A stretch of 49,534 nucleotides of DNA from contig JBHLRZ010000025.1 in the NCBI GenBank assembly GCA_048882045.1, positions 1 to 49,534 on the forward strand, written 5' to 3'. Position numbers and translations under genes: made by a program. Each line of letters opens with the position of its first letter. The first letter of the stretch is position 1. The notes beneath the pieces are model-generated. The model had not been told where the DNA came from. It ran no database searches and worked only from the letters and a program-made list of their open reading frames with translations. Positions 9,172-19,190 of this stretch are shown here, in pieces. The DNA is from Candidatus Thorarchaeota archaeon (GTDB lineage Archaea; Asgardarchaeota; Thorarchaeia; Thorarchaeales; Thorarchaeaceae).

Positions 9172-9843
9172 TTAACGTTTTTTGATTACAACTACTATGA
9201 CCCCTATTATTGCAATTGTAACTGTACCAACTCCAATCAAGAGTGGAACTATGCTACCAGTTGAACGAGTAGTTCTAATGATGCGAAAAGTACCATCATA
9301 ATATTGCCAATTCATCTCTAAGAGATTCAGAGCACCATCACTCTTCGAGTATCTTACAGTGTCGGTATGAACACCACGAGTTTCGTCAACTGATATGGCC
9401 ATTCCCCACTCGGTTTCAGTATCAATTATATCAATTTCATCTTCAGTGTAATTCCACATCAAAAGAGATAGGTCTTTCACAAGACTCCAGTTCCCTATGG
9501 GATACGCAGACCAGTGAAAAGCCATGAATTCTATCTCTGTATCATTCATAAAATAGAAGGAAAAATATGTGTTGTATTCATTACCAGATGCTGCATTAAT
9601 TCTGGGAGATTCAGTGACATTAATCGGAATTGTAGGGAGACTGTCAATCTCTACATAATAATAGTAATCACGATTACTACTCGAAACCGAGTATCGAGTT
9701 GCGTAATGGTAATCAAAACGATCGCCAATCTCAATCCCCCAAGTTAGTCCATGATTGGTTACTCCTTGTGCAGTTCCACAACACATAATCAATATTAACA
9801 GCATTGGAATTACAGCTCTCGAATCAAACCCTCCTGACCTCAT
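9172..9843 (-). CDS. Secreted protein with C-terminal TM anchor and basic tail
   Basis: Signal-like N-terminus, several NxS/T sequons, C-terminal hydrophobic helix ending KKR. Confidence 0.8.
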   Translation of the reverse strand: MRSGGFDSRAVIPMLLILIMCCGTAQGVTNHGLTWGIEIGDRFDYHYATRYSVSSSNRDYYYYVEIDSLPTIPINVTESPRINAASGNEYNTYFSFYFMNDTEIEFMAFHWSAYPIGNWSLVKDLSLLMWNYTEDEIDIIDTETEWGMAISVDETRGVHTDTVRYSKSDGALNLLEMNWQYYDGTFRIIRTTRSTGSIVPLLIGVGTVTIAIIGVIVVVIKKR

Positions 9844-9978
9844 ACCTTCTCTAAAAGTTCAATGTAATTAATTAATCAATCGGAAGTCTACAGTTCCCTG
9901 TTTTGTTTTACAAATCATCCGTTTTGGTCCCCAGAGAATGTCTTATATGGACTGTAAGCAAGGTTCACTCGGAAAACA

Positions 9979-10635
9979 ATGGCACATTACCTAGATTCCC
10001 TTGACGACCTCCGCGAAGGTCTCGACACTTTTGTTGAGAAATGGGCCAATATTCAAAGGAAGTCTGTCAAGTCGATTCAAGCTGTTACTAACACTATCAT
10101 GCAGGTCGAACACTTGGACGGACCACTAGGTAAGCTCGAATCATTTCAAAACATTCGAGAGAACGCGAAAGGCATTCTCCTTGTGAACCTCTATGACCGC
10201 CTCGTGCCTAGCCTCGAGAGTTCCATTCGTGAGTTTACAAAACTCATGCACATGTTTGAGAATCTACGTCACACATCTTCGAAGATTCAGACACTCACCG
10301 AAACGATGAGGGGCAACCTAACAGAGTCTCCAGAACTAGAGGACCTGGTCGGATTCCTTGATCTCATTATGATCAGTGTTCGTGACATCCTGAACATGTA
10401 TGAGTCTGAGTTCCTAGTCAAGCTCACAATCTTTAGAGACTTCGAAGAAGGAGCAATCGAGATTGGAGTTGTGAGTAATTATCTCACGGTCTGGGGAATC
10501 GAACCCAATATCGAACAGAGTGCACGTGATAAACTCCTCAAGGACCTAGATGAGCATGTCGAGCTTCTCAGAGATGTCTTTGCTGGGAAGACTGGCATTC
10601 GAATCCCTGATGCCTACAAGAAGATTCAGCTCTGA
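9979..10635 (+). CDS. Helical protein resembling eukaryotic CINP / C1orf109 family
   Basis: KWANIQ..., ILNMYESEFLVKLTIFRDF and YLTVWGIEPNIE match recalled CINP motifs (KWETL, LLEMYRKELLLKRTV, YLSMWLHQPYVE); similar length. Confidence 0.65.
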   Translation: MAHYLDSLDDLREGLDTFVEKWANIQRKSVKSIQAVTNTIMQVEHLDGPLGKLESFQNIRENAKGILLVNLYDRLVPSLESSIREFTKLMHMFENLRHTSSKIQTLTETMRGNLTESPELEDLVGFLDLIMISVRDILNMYESEFLVKLTIFRDFEEGAIEIGVVSNYLTVWGIEPNIEQSARDKLLKDLDEHVELLRDVFAGKTGIRIPDAYKKIQL

Positions 10636-13445
10636 TTTCGCATTGCTATTTTCTTTCGTACCTCTTCAATGATGAAGACAATTGAGGCTAACAGAAACAC
10701 AAGTATCCACTCAACAGGTTCCACAGGAACTAGTTCGAAGAGTGCTGTCAAAGGTGGGAAGATGAAGAGGACAGCCACAAGGAGAATGTCGATGACATAC
10801 ACAATCCATAAAATCCTGTTTCTGAACAGACCCAGAGTAAAGGCTGATTTCGTGGGTGACCTACAGTTCTGAGCACTGAACCATTGAGTAACAATAAGGG
10901 AAACGAAGATCATAGTTCTTATCTTCGGTTCTCCACTTCCAAGATAGACAAAGTAAATGGCTAGTACAATGGTAGTCATCATGCTTCCATAGAAGAGGGC
11001 ACGTGTCAGAGTCTGTGTTGAAAGTACTCTTTCTCTGATAGAACTTGGTGGTCTATCAAGTAATCCAGCTTCCTTTGGTTCAAGTGAAACTGCAATGTCA
11101 AGCATTCCGTCTGTAACTAGATTTACCCAGAGGATTTGAAGAGGTAACAGCAACACTGGATTTACAAAAATCAAGAGAGTGGCCAGAATTAGGAAGCTTT
11201 CTGCGAAGTTCGTAGATGTAAGAAAAAGCACGACTCTCCGAAATGTGTTGAGGATGTGACGACCTTCATCAATACCATCCACGACGGACTCGAAGCGCTC
11301 ATCCTGTAGAACAATGTCGGCAGCCTCTTTTGCGATGTCTGTACCCGTAATCCCCATGGCTATACCAACATTTGCCTGTCGAAGGGCTGGTGAGTCGTTC
11401 ACACCATCCCCAGTCATTGTTACTATTTCCCCAGACTTTTGAAGCGCTTTTACGACACGTAGTTTGTGAATAGGATTTGTTCTTGCCAAGACAGTCGCTC
11501 GTCTTTCCAGCGTGACTTGTAATTCATCATCATCCATGGCATCGATATCATCTCCTGTCAGACTGACATCATCCATCTCTGGTTTGAAGATGCCTACCTC
11601 TTTTCCAATGGCCTTTGCAGTGAATTCATTGTCCCCAGTTATCATTATGACTTTGATACCTGCTCGTTCTGCCTTTGTGATGTAGTCTCTAACTCCTTCT
11701 CTTGGAGGATCGTTGATTCCTGCTAGTCCAATGAATTCCATATCCGTCAAGTCTTCTTCAGTTATCTGAAGATGATACTGAGGAAGGTGTCTGATCGCGC
11801 AGCTTAGTACTCTCATTCCTTGAGAGGCAAACTCACTCACAACTTCCTCACTTCCCGATGGTTTAGTAAGGAATGCTTCTATGATTTCAGGAGCTCCTTT
11901 TACAATGAGAAGATTTAGGTCCTCTGAGCTAAGTGCGGGGTGTTCTTGTTGCACAGATTGACTAGGTCTGTGAAGAGTCGCCATGTATTTCCTATCACTA
12001 CTGAAGGGGATCTCAGAAACACGAGCCCAAGCTTCATCAAGAACATACTTGTGAAGTTCGGCTTTTTCTAGCGCGACAATTAGTGCTGCCTCTGTCGGAG
12101 ATCCTCGAATTCTCCAGATTCGATTATCTCCAGTACATTTCCTTATTGGATCATCTTCACCAAGACATTCTGTATATATATCTGAATCATTGCAAAGTGC
12201 CAGATATGACAGGATTTTCTCGAGATCAGTAAATCTCGTAAGACCCTCCCGAGTGATTCTCACTCCACTTTCTTGATCGAAATCGATATCTTCGTGAATG
12301 TGTTCCGACCGCAGGCAAGTTTCTGGACCACAACCCTCTAGAAAGATACCTCCGCTTTCTGCATCAAAACCTACTCCACTCACCTCATAGAAGTGCCTGG
12401 GCGTGAATATCCTTCTCACCATCATCTGGTTTCTGGTGAGAGTTCCTGTCTTATCTGAACAAATCACATTTACAAGACCGAGGGTTTCTACAACATTCAG
12501 GTTTCGAACTATGACGTTCTTCTTCGATAAGCGATAGACTCCTACAGAGAGCACGATCGTTATGACAGCAATTAAGCCCTCTGGAATGGCTGAAACCAAT
12601 GAAGATAACGCAAACAAGATGAGTTCCAAAGTTTCTATCTGACGATATGTGCCCAAGAGTATGGTGAGAATGAGGAAAGTAAATGCTAATCCTATAAAGA
12701 ACAGACTCAGACGTTTCAATCGAATCTCGATTGAGGTTTCTTCTTTCTCCACACGTTGAAGTTCTCGATTGATTTCTCCTAATGACGTCTGGTCTCCAAT
12801 CTTTTCAACTAAAACTCGTGCTCGTCCTTGAGTGACATATGACCCTGCAAAAACCTTGTTTGACTCTTCATAGTAATGGGGTTCTTCTATCAGACAGACT
12901 ACATCCTTCTTCACCGGGACGCTTTCACCAGTCAATAGACTTTCATCAACATGGAGGTTCCGCTCGAAGATCACCCTAGCATCAGCTGGAACTCTCTCAC
13001 CTGCTCGTAACAGCAAAAGATCTCCAGGGACAATGTCCAAAGAGGGAACCTCTTGCTCTTCACCATTTCGTATGACTATTGACTTCTCCTCTATGAGTTT
13101 CTTAACCGACTCGATGGTCTTCTCTGCTCTCCACTCTTGCGCAAAGCCAATTATGGAATTGATGAACAGAATGATTGCTATCACTATTGTATCTTCAATA
13201 TGATTCCCAATCCAAGAAACTAAAGCAGCCAAAATAAGAACGTAGACAAGGGGTGATTTGAACTGACGAAGGTACATTAACAGAGGATTTGCGCTTGCTT
13301 CTAAAGTAAGTCTGTTCTGACCAAACTCTTTTCTCTTTGCGATGACCTCGTTTTCACTAAGCCCCTCAGGATTGTCACCCAGACTTAATAGACATTCATT
13401 ATAATCTACATATTCTTCTGTAGTCCTAGTCCCTTCTTCAGACAT
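10626..13445 (-). CDS. P-type ATPase, type IIA (Ca2+/Mn2+-like)
   Basis: DESLLTGES, IPEGL, CSDKTGTLT, KGAPE, DPPR, TGDN, TGDGVND, LWVNLVTDG. Confidence 0.95.
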   Translation of the reverse strand: MSEEGTRTTEEYVDYNECLLSLGDNPEGLSENEVIAKRKEFGQNRLTLEASANPLLMYLRQFKSPLVYVLILAALVSWIGNHIEDTIVIAIILFINSIIGFAQEWRAEKTIESVKKLIEEKSIVIRNGEEQEVPSLDIVPGDLLLLRAGERVPADARVIFERNLHVDESLLTGESVPVKKDVVCLIEEPHYYEESNKVFAGSYVTQGRARVLVEKIGDQTSLGEINRELQRVEKEETSIEIRLKRLSLFFIGLAFTFLILTILLGTYRQIETLELILFALSSLVSAIPEGLIAVITIVLSVGVYRLSKKNVIVRNLNVVETLGLVNVICSDKTGTLTRNQMMVRRIFTPRHFYEVSGVGFDAESGGIFLEGCGPETCLRSEHIHEDIDFDQESGVRITREGLTRFTDLEKILSYLALCNDSDIYTECLGEDDPIRKCTGDNRIWRIRGSPTEAALIVALEKAELHKYVLDEAWARVSEIPFSSDRKYMATLHRPSQSVQQEHPALSSEDLNLLIVKGAPEIIEAFLTKPSGSEEVVSEFASQGMRVLSCAIRHLPQYHLQITEEDLTDMEFIGLAGINDPPREGVRDYITKAERAGIKVIMITGDNEFTAKAIGKEVGIFKPEMDDVSLTGDDIDAMDDDELQVTLERRATVLARTNPIHKLRVVKALQKSGEIVTMTGDGVNDSPALRQANVGIAMGITGTDIAKEAADIVLQDERFESVVDGIDEGRHILNTFRRVVLFLTSTNFAESFLILATLLIFVNPVLLLPLQILWVNLVTDGMLDIAVSLEPKEAGLLDRPPSSIRERVLSTQTLTRALFYGSMMTTIVLAIYFVYLGSGEPKIRTMIFVSLIVTQWFSAQNCRSPTKSAFTLGLFRNRILWIVYVIDILLVAVLFIFPPLTALFELVPVEPVEWILVFLLASIVFIIEEVRKKIAMRNQS

Positions 13446-13501
13446 AAACCCTCTCTCACCTTCGACAAAATTCCCTCTTAAATTTAAGAGATACGATATG
13501 G

Positions 13502-15229
13502 CTAGTTAGAATCAGTATCTGTTGATATGCCCTGTTTCTGCATTCTTATCCGGTTGGCTATCTCTTCAATCTCTACATCCAACTCGCTCTTGAAATTCTG
13601 ATATACACCTTCAGAGATTTTACCTAATTCGAATTGCTTCTCATAGAATTCTAGTTTGGTTCTAAGGATTTCCTCACGAACTCCAAGTTCTTGTAGTCTA
13701 GACCTTCTTTCAGAAACAACTCTCCTTAGCTCATCTTCCAAATTGAAGATTTCTTCCTCCAATTCCGCTTTGAGTCTACTATACATTGAGGTGTCTATTT
13801 TCCCTTCAGTATATTGGTCAACTAGATGAAGTAAGGCTTGCCTTGTTGCATCTCGATGTACAGTAATTTCCTGTGCACGATCTTGTTTTTCTACAAGTCC
13901 AAGAAGATTGGCAAAAAATGAAGTGGATAATCCCTGTACAACTAGACTAACTAGCAACACGATGAACACGATAGCATAGATTGTTGGAACGACAGTTGAA
14001 ATCGCAGTAACAAAACTGCTTTCCGAGGAATAATGTATGATAACTGTGACTGCAATCGCTGCTAGTGCAGCACTGGCTACTCCCTTTATTCCCGCCCAAC
14101 TCAGGAAGAACCTCTCTTTCATCCCCATCGTTCTATCACCAGCAGTCATAATGAAGACAGAGATTGGTCGAGCCACTAGAATGACCAATGCTGCAGTTAG
14201 CAGGCCGAGTGCTATTATTCCTGGATTTGCCATAATGAAAGCAATTGTTTCAGTGGAGGCATCTCCCTGAATGAGGGGGACACTCAATGAGTAACCTAGG
14301 AGTATGAAGACTAAAATTTCAAAGAAGAATGATACATTCTTCATGACTCCTCTCATCGACCTTTGAGGGAGGGGCTCGCGGCCAAACCTTCTTTGATTTG
14401 CCATGAAGATTCCTGCAAAGACTGCAGCTAAAGCACCAGATTGAATTTCAAAGACTGTGAAGAGCGCTCCTAATCCATAGGCCAGAAAAGGAGTTGTAGC
14501 AGTCAATATTGTTACGTTGGTATCATCACCTGCAATTGGAATTGCCCATCCTATACTTCGTGCTACAATGTAACCCAGAACAACACCTAAGCCCATACTG
14601 ACGACAAATTCAGCTAATACGTATCCCCAGTTTATACCACCAGTTTCGTTGGCTAATGAGGCTAACACAATGGGTTCAAAGACCAATAATACAAGAATCA
14701 CCGAGGTGGCATCATTGAAGACCGCTTCACCTTCTAAGATAGATAGTAGTTTTCGTTTTACCCTGACACCTCCTGACTCCAAAACTGAGAAAAGAGCGGC
14801 AGGATCTGTGGGCGCAAGTATCGCTCCTATAAGAAATGCAGCTATACCCACAGGAATGCCAATGGCTGCTGTCGATGCTTCTATTGCATATCCTCCAATC
14901 AATGCTGTAGCAAACACTCCTGCTGTTGCAAGTAGCATTACATTCACTATCGATAGTCGTAGCTCGCGTAGATTCAGAGTCAGTCCTGCATAGAACAGTA
15001 CTGTCGCAAGTGTCAATTGTGCGATGAAATCAAATCCAGCAATCTGCACTAGTTGCGTACCAGGATTCAGAGAAATCAATACACGACCCATGACTAGACC
15101 AGTCAGAACTAATGGTATTGGATGAGGTACTCGATATCTTTCAGCAGCCTTCGCAATTGCTACTCCGATGATAAGGATACCAGCTATCAAGACCAGAATT
15201 GTAGTTGGTAGCTCCCCACCCTGCATCAA
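13502..15229 (-). CDS. CPA1/NhaP-type cation:proton antiporter with C-terminal coiled coil and SHOCT-like repeats
   Basis: LAPTDPAA, LEGEAVFND, ARP, W.G.KG motifs; about 13 TM; soluble C-terminal tail. Confidence 0.9.
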   Translation of the reverse strand: MMQGGELPTTILVLIAGILIIGVAIAKAAERYRVPHPIPLVLTGLVMGRVLISLNPGTQLVQIAGFDFIAQLTLATVLFYAGLTLNLRELRLSIVNVMLLATAGVFATALIGGYAIEASTAAIGIPVGIAAFLIGAILAPTDPAALFSVLESGGVRVKRKLLSILEGEAVFNDATSVILVLLVFEPIVLASLANETGGINWGYVLAEFVVSMGLGVVLGYIVARSIGWAIPIAGDDTNVTILTATTPFLAYGLGALFTVFEIQSGALAAVFAGIFMANQRRFGREPLPQRSMRGVMKNVSFFFEILVFILLGYSLSVPLIQGDASTETIAFIMANPGIIALGLLTAALVILVARPISVFIMTAGDRTMGMKERFFLSWAGIKGVASAALAAIAVTVIIHYSSESSFVTAISTVVPTIYAIVFIVLLVSLVVQGLSTSFFANLLGLVEKQDRAQEITVHRDATRQALLHLVDQYTEGKIDTSMYSRLKAELEEEIFNLEDELRRVVSERRSRLQELGVREEILRTKLEFYEKQFELGKISEGVYQNFKSELDVEIEEIANRIRMQKQGISTDTDSN

Positions 15230-15235
15230 GAAAAA

Positions 15236-15859
15236 TCAAATCTCCGCAACTATCTCCGCGCATTCTTTCACATAATCAGAAATATGCTCCAATTCAGCTA
15301 CAATCTTCCTCATAATATAGCTCGCAAAATCGCAATCGCTACCGGTTGCAACAGATATCTGGCGGCAGATGACAATATTATCCTCGTCAATCTCCCGTTC
15401 TAATTTGATCAATACCTCAAGTGTTTCTTCAGCTTCATCAAGATATTCCGCTCTTTGAATGACCATCTTCTTCAAGGCTGTTAACATTTCGTTAACTTTG
15501 GACGATATTGTTGACATAGAATCCATGAAGATCTCGTTAAATGATTCATCCTGCAGAATGTCTATCAGAACTAGAACCCTCAGAAATGTATGTTGAATAT
15601 TCAAAAGGTGAGATATTATCGACTGTGTTAGGATTCCGAGTTCATCACGTGGAAGTCTTTTAGAAAATGCATACTTGTCAACCAAACCCCGAATACCCTT
15701 GAAGGCTTCCTTACGCTTGTTGAGCCATGCCTCATCAACCAACTCATCACAATTCACACAAAGCCTTTTGTGGATATACTCGCTGATTTTTTCTTGAACC
15801 TCAAGTATACTGGTCAGATATCCCATGATGGCTTCTCTGTCCAGAGTTTCGGTTGACAT
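15236..15859 (-). CDS. PhoU/DUF47-like helical regulator
   Basis: KLEREIDE and ELEHISDYVKECAEIV resemble the PhoU/DUF47 E...D metal/phosphate motifs; 207 aa. Confidence 0.7.
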   Translation of the reverse strand: MSTETLDREAIMGYLTSILEVQEKISEYIHKRLCVNCDELVDEAWLNKRKEAFKGIRGLVDKYAFSKRLPRDELGILTQSIISHLLNIQHTFLRVLVLIDILQDESFNEIFMDSMSTISSKVNEMLTALKKMVIQRAEYLDEAEETLEVLIKLEREIDEDNIVICRQISVATGSDCDFASYIMRKIVAELEHISDYVKECAEIVAEI

Positions 15860-15862
15860 CGA

Positions 15863-16114
15863 CTATTCTTCCTCTCCTTCAGTTCTTCTCCATGCTAATG
15901 CAAGATCAACATGGATGAAGTGGCGTCGAATTGTCACCTCAATCCCAGTTTCTATGGGTTCACCAAGGGGCACTTCGATCACTCCTTCCCTCAAAGTGGG
16001 CATTGGGAGTTCGAGCTTCTCTCCAGCTCGCATTTGCTCTGCTATTTCGACAAGGAGATCTGCTAGGTTGGTCAACGTTTTCTCCTCTTCGAATTCATAT
16101 TCTTCAATACGCAT
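15863..16114 (-). CDS. Amphi-Trp domain protein
   Basis: 83 aa from ATG 16114 (AAGGAG upstream): amphipathic helix LADLLVEIAEQM, beta strands, terminal L.W followed by an acidic tail. Confidence 0.75.
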   Translation of the reverse strand: MRIEEYEFEEEKTLTNLADLLVEIAEQMRAGEKLELPMPTLREGVIEVPLGEPIETGIEVTIRRHFIHVDLALAWRRTEGEEE

Positions 16115-16273
16115 CTTGCATTCTCCTTTGAAACGCAATGCAATTGCTAATGCATCTTTGTAAGAGTCCTTTTTAGCATAACCGTTTGTACTTGAGAGGT
16201 TGATTTTGACCATCATCCTTAATTGTAAATCACACTTCACATGCCTTCAGTCATCGAAAGGAAGTATATCCTA

Positions 16274-17419
16274 ATGGGAGAAGATAAAGACTTCATAGTC
16301 ACACCCTGGAAGGTCGAGGGTATTGTGGACTACGATCGTCTCATCGAGCAGTTTGGAACCGAGAGGATTACTCAAGAGCTGAGAGAGAGAATCTACAAGA
16401 TTACAAAAGAGAGGCACATGCTCCTAGATCGTGAGCTTTTTTTCTCTCACAGAGACCTCGGATGGATTCTGGATGAGTACAAGAAGGGGAACAAGTTTGT
16501 CCTTTACACTGGTAGGGGTCCCAGTGGAATCACCCACATCGGACACTTAGTACCGTGGGTCTTCACCAAATGGATGCAGGACAAGTTTGATACACGTCTG
16601 TACTTCCAGATGACCAACGACGAGAAGTACTTCTTTGAATCACACCTTAGCCTGGACGATGTCCGGAAGTTCACCTACGACAACACCCTAGACCTTTTAG
16701 CACTAGGATTCGAACCTGAGAACACTTTCGTCATTCAGGATATCGAGCACATTGATCTGCTCTATGAGATTGCAGTGGAAGTAGCTAGGAAGGTTACCTT
16801 CTCAACCGTTAAGGCAGTATTCGGATTCGACAACAGCACAAACATCGGGTCCTCCTGGCATCCAGCAATTCAAGCCGTTCCTGCATTTCTACATTCATGG
16901 CTATATGGAAAGACAACACCCTGCATCATTCCATGCGCAATTGATCAGGATCCTTTCTGGAGGATTACCCGTGATGTGTCTGAAAGGATGGGCTACTACA
17001 AACCAGCTAGTATTCAGTGTTCCTTTGTACCTGGCCTGAAGGAGGGCGGGAAGATGTCCTCTAGCGAACCAATGTCTGCAGTCTTCACTACTGACACTCC
17101 CAAGATGGCGAAGAAGAAGGTCATGGCGGCATTCACTGGCGGTCGAACGACTGTGGAGGAACAGAGGGAACTAGGTGCCAATCCTGATATCTGCAGTGTG
17201 TTCAAATACTACATGTTCATCTTCATGCCTGATGACAAGGACTTGGCTGACATCGAAGCCAAGTGTCGCGGTGGAGAGATTCTTTGTGGTGAGTGCAAAC
17301 AGATACTCGCTCCTATGATGATGGAGTTCCTTGAGAAGCACCAAGCCGCTCGAGATGAAGTCGTGGACCGTGTGCACGAGTTTTCAGCTGATCGGTTAAG
17401 AGAAGACATTCGTAGGTAG
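16274..17419 (+). CDS. trpS: Tryptophanyl-tRNA synthetase (archaeal/eukaryotic type)
   Basis: VTPW, LYTGRGPS, HIGH, IDQDPFWR, KMSSS, GGRTTVEEQR, CGECK; start likely ATG 16274. Confidence 0.97.
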   Translation: MGEDKDFIVTPWKVEGIVDYDRLIEQFGTERITQELRERIYKITKERHMLLDRELFFSHRDLGWILDEYKKGNKFVLYTGRGPSGITHIGHLVPWVFTKWMQDKFDTRLYFQMTNDEKYFFESHLSLDDVRKFTYDNTLDLLALGFEPENTFVIQDIEHIDLLYEIAVEVARKVTFSTVKAVFGFDNSTNIGSSWHPAIQAVPAFLHSWLYGKTTPCIIPCAIDQDPFWRITRDVSERMGYYKPASIQCSFVPGLKEGGKMSSSEPMSAVFTTDTPKMAKKKVMAAFTGGRTTVEEQRELGANPDICSVFKYYMFIFMPDDKDLADIEAKCRGGEILCGECKQILAPMMMEFLEKHQAARDEVVDRVHEFSADRLREDIRR

Positions 17420-17477
17420 ACTTTCCAACATCTCAAGTACAAAGATTAAACTGTAGGATTCTCCACGAAGAATTATC

Positions 17478-17957
17478 ATGACTGATAAAGAGGTCAAAGA
17501 GGAGCTACTGCAGGATGAAGGCATCATTGTAGAAGCCCCTCTTGAAATTCTCAGAGGAGCTGCGAAGAAAGTCCTTTTTGATTTTCATGAGAGTATCTTC
17601 GACATGGATGGTGAACCAAGAGCAAGTGAATCTGAAATCCAGTCAGGAGATACGGTACTATTTGTGGAAAACATGCCAAATCTCCCAGCTCGTATTGTTG
17701 CAGTGAAGATCATCAGAGATTACTGGTATGTCAATGCAATGTCAGAAACTCCTAGGGGTGGATATCCGTCTGGAAGAGATGCTATGAAGGCTGCAGAGCT
17801 AGATGAACACAACTTGGAAATCTTTGAGAGATTCATCATTGAGAAAGCAGGCAGGGACCACGTAAGAGATGTAGAGGACTGGTCTCCAGACCTAAAGAAA
17901 GAAGCTGCAGATGTACTTGGTATTTTGAAGCTAGCAATAAGGAAATGGCATCATTAG
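17478..17957 (+). CDS. Hypothetical protein
   Basis: 159-aa ORF co-oriented behind trpS with protein-like composition. Confidence 0.7.
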   Translation: MTDKEVKEELLQDEGIIVEAPLEILRGAAKKVLFDFHESIFDMDGEPRASESEIQSGDTVLFVENMPNLPARIVAVKIIRDYWYVNAMSETPRGGYPSGRDAMKAAELDEHNLEIFERFIIEKAGRDHVRDVEDWSPDLKKEAADVLGILKLAIRKWHH

Positions 17958-18139
17958 GAAGATATCTCACATTCGTTGGGGGATTGATTGCTTCAGTTCT
18001 GAAAATCATTGTATTCATTCTGGAATATAGTCTGATTGCATGAACAAGAGCCAAACACGGGTTCTTAGCCATGTGACGAACTCTTAAATGTGTACGAAGC
18101 AATTTGCCTTCAGATACAGACTCCGGAGAGTTTGATACA

Positions 18140-19186
18140 ATGGGTTCTGAAACACAAGCCGCAGACGTGTTCAAGTGTACTGTCTGCAATGGCAATGTAA
18201 AGACTGGACCCGACGACGTTGTTATCACATGCACCTATTGTGGTTCAACGACTACAATAGAAGGCAAGGCGATAGGGGACCACTTAATGGAAACTGCAGT
18301 GGATGATGAAATCCGATCTGAAGGATTCCGAGGTTTCCTCGACAAAAACAAGGGAATGAACAAGGCCCTTGCGAAAGATGCTAAAATTGTTGAGAATCGC
18401 TTGATCTATGTGCCAGTATGGACAGCCAAGGTAAAGGCTGACTCATACTACAAAGGATACAAGACAGTCCAGGTTCCAGTACAAAAAACGAGAACGGTAC
18501 GGGACTCTGATGGAAACACGAGGACCGAAACCTATACTGATTACGAAACAGGCTATGTCCCTGTTCAGGATGAGATTCATACCGACACTGACGAGCCATT
18601 CCTGGCTCGGAAAGGTGCGAGGTTTTATGGGCTTGAAGGTTATTTAGACACAATCAAGCTCACCGAAACCGTTCCTTATGACTTTGAGAAAATCAAGGAT
18701 CTTGAGCCAACAATGCTGAATGCTGAGATTGGACAACAGGAGTTCGAACTCGCAGTTCACAGTAAGGTGTCTGACAGACACAGGGCTCAAGCAGCAAGTG
18801 GGCTGGCAGAGCTCTTTGACTGCAGGACCACCACAAATGTGAGAGGTACAACCTACCTTCAGGCTCCGTTCTCTTTGATTCGATACAAATTTCAAGGAGA
18901 CCTCTACAAGGCAGCCATCGATGGTCACACAGGCAAAGTTGTACAGGGTGAAATCCCAATCACAATGGGTCAGCGCATAATGTGGACATTACTAGGAATC
19001 ATTGGCATCATCGTATCGGGTGTTGGAGGCGAATTCTTCATGGGAACAGGAATGGGAATCAATGCCATTCCTGAAGCAAACACGATGGAGATCATTGTTG
19101 GAATGGCAGCAATAATCCTGGGAATAATAATGACCTTCGCTGGATTCAGGGTACTCATAATGACCCAGCGGACGAAGAAGGGGTGA
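18140..19186 (+). CDS. Zinc-ribbon protein with two C-terminal TM helices (paralog 1)
   Basis: CTVC...CTYC, YVPVW motif, IDGHTGKVVQGEIP before the TM helices; ATG 18140 after GGAGAG. Confidence 0.8.
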   Translation: MGSETQAADVFKCTVCNGNVKTGPDDVVITCTYCGSTTTIEGKAIGDHLMETAVDDEIRSEGFRGFLDKNKGMNKALAKDAKIVENRLIYVPVWTAKVKADSYYKGYKTVQVPVQKTRTVRDSDGNTRTETYTDYETGYVPVQDEIHTDTDEPFLARKGARFYGLEGYLDTIKLTETVPYDFEKIKDLEPTMLNAEIGQQEFELAVHSKVSDRHRAQAASGLAELFDCRTTTNVRGTTYLQAPFSLIRYKFQGDLYKAAIDGHTGKVVQGEIPITMGQRIMWTLLGIIGIIVSGVGGEFFMGTGMGINAIPEANTMEIIVGMAAIILGIIMTFAGFRVLIMTQRTKKG

Positions 19187-19190
19187 TATC

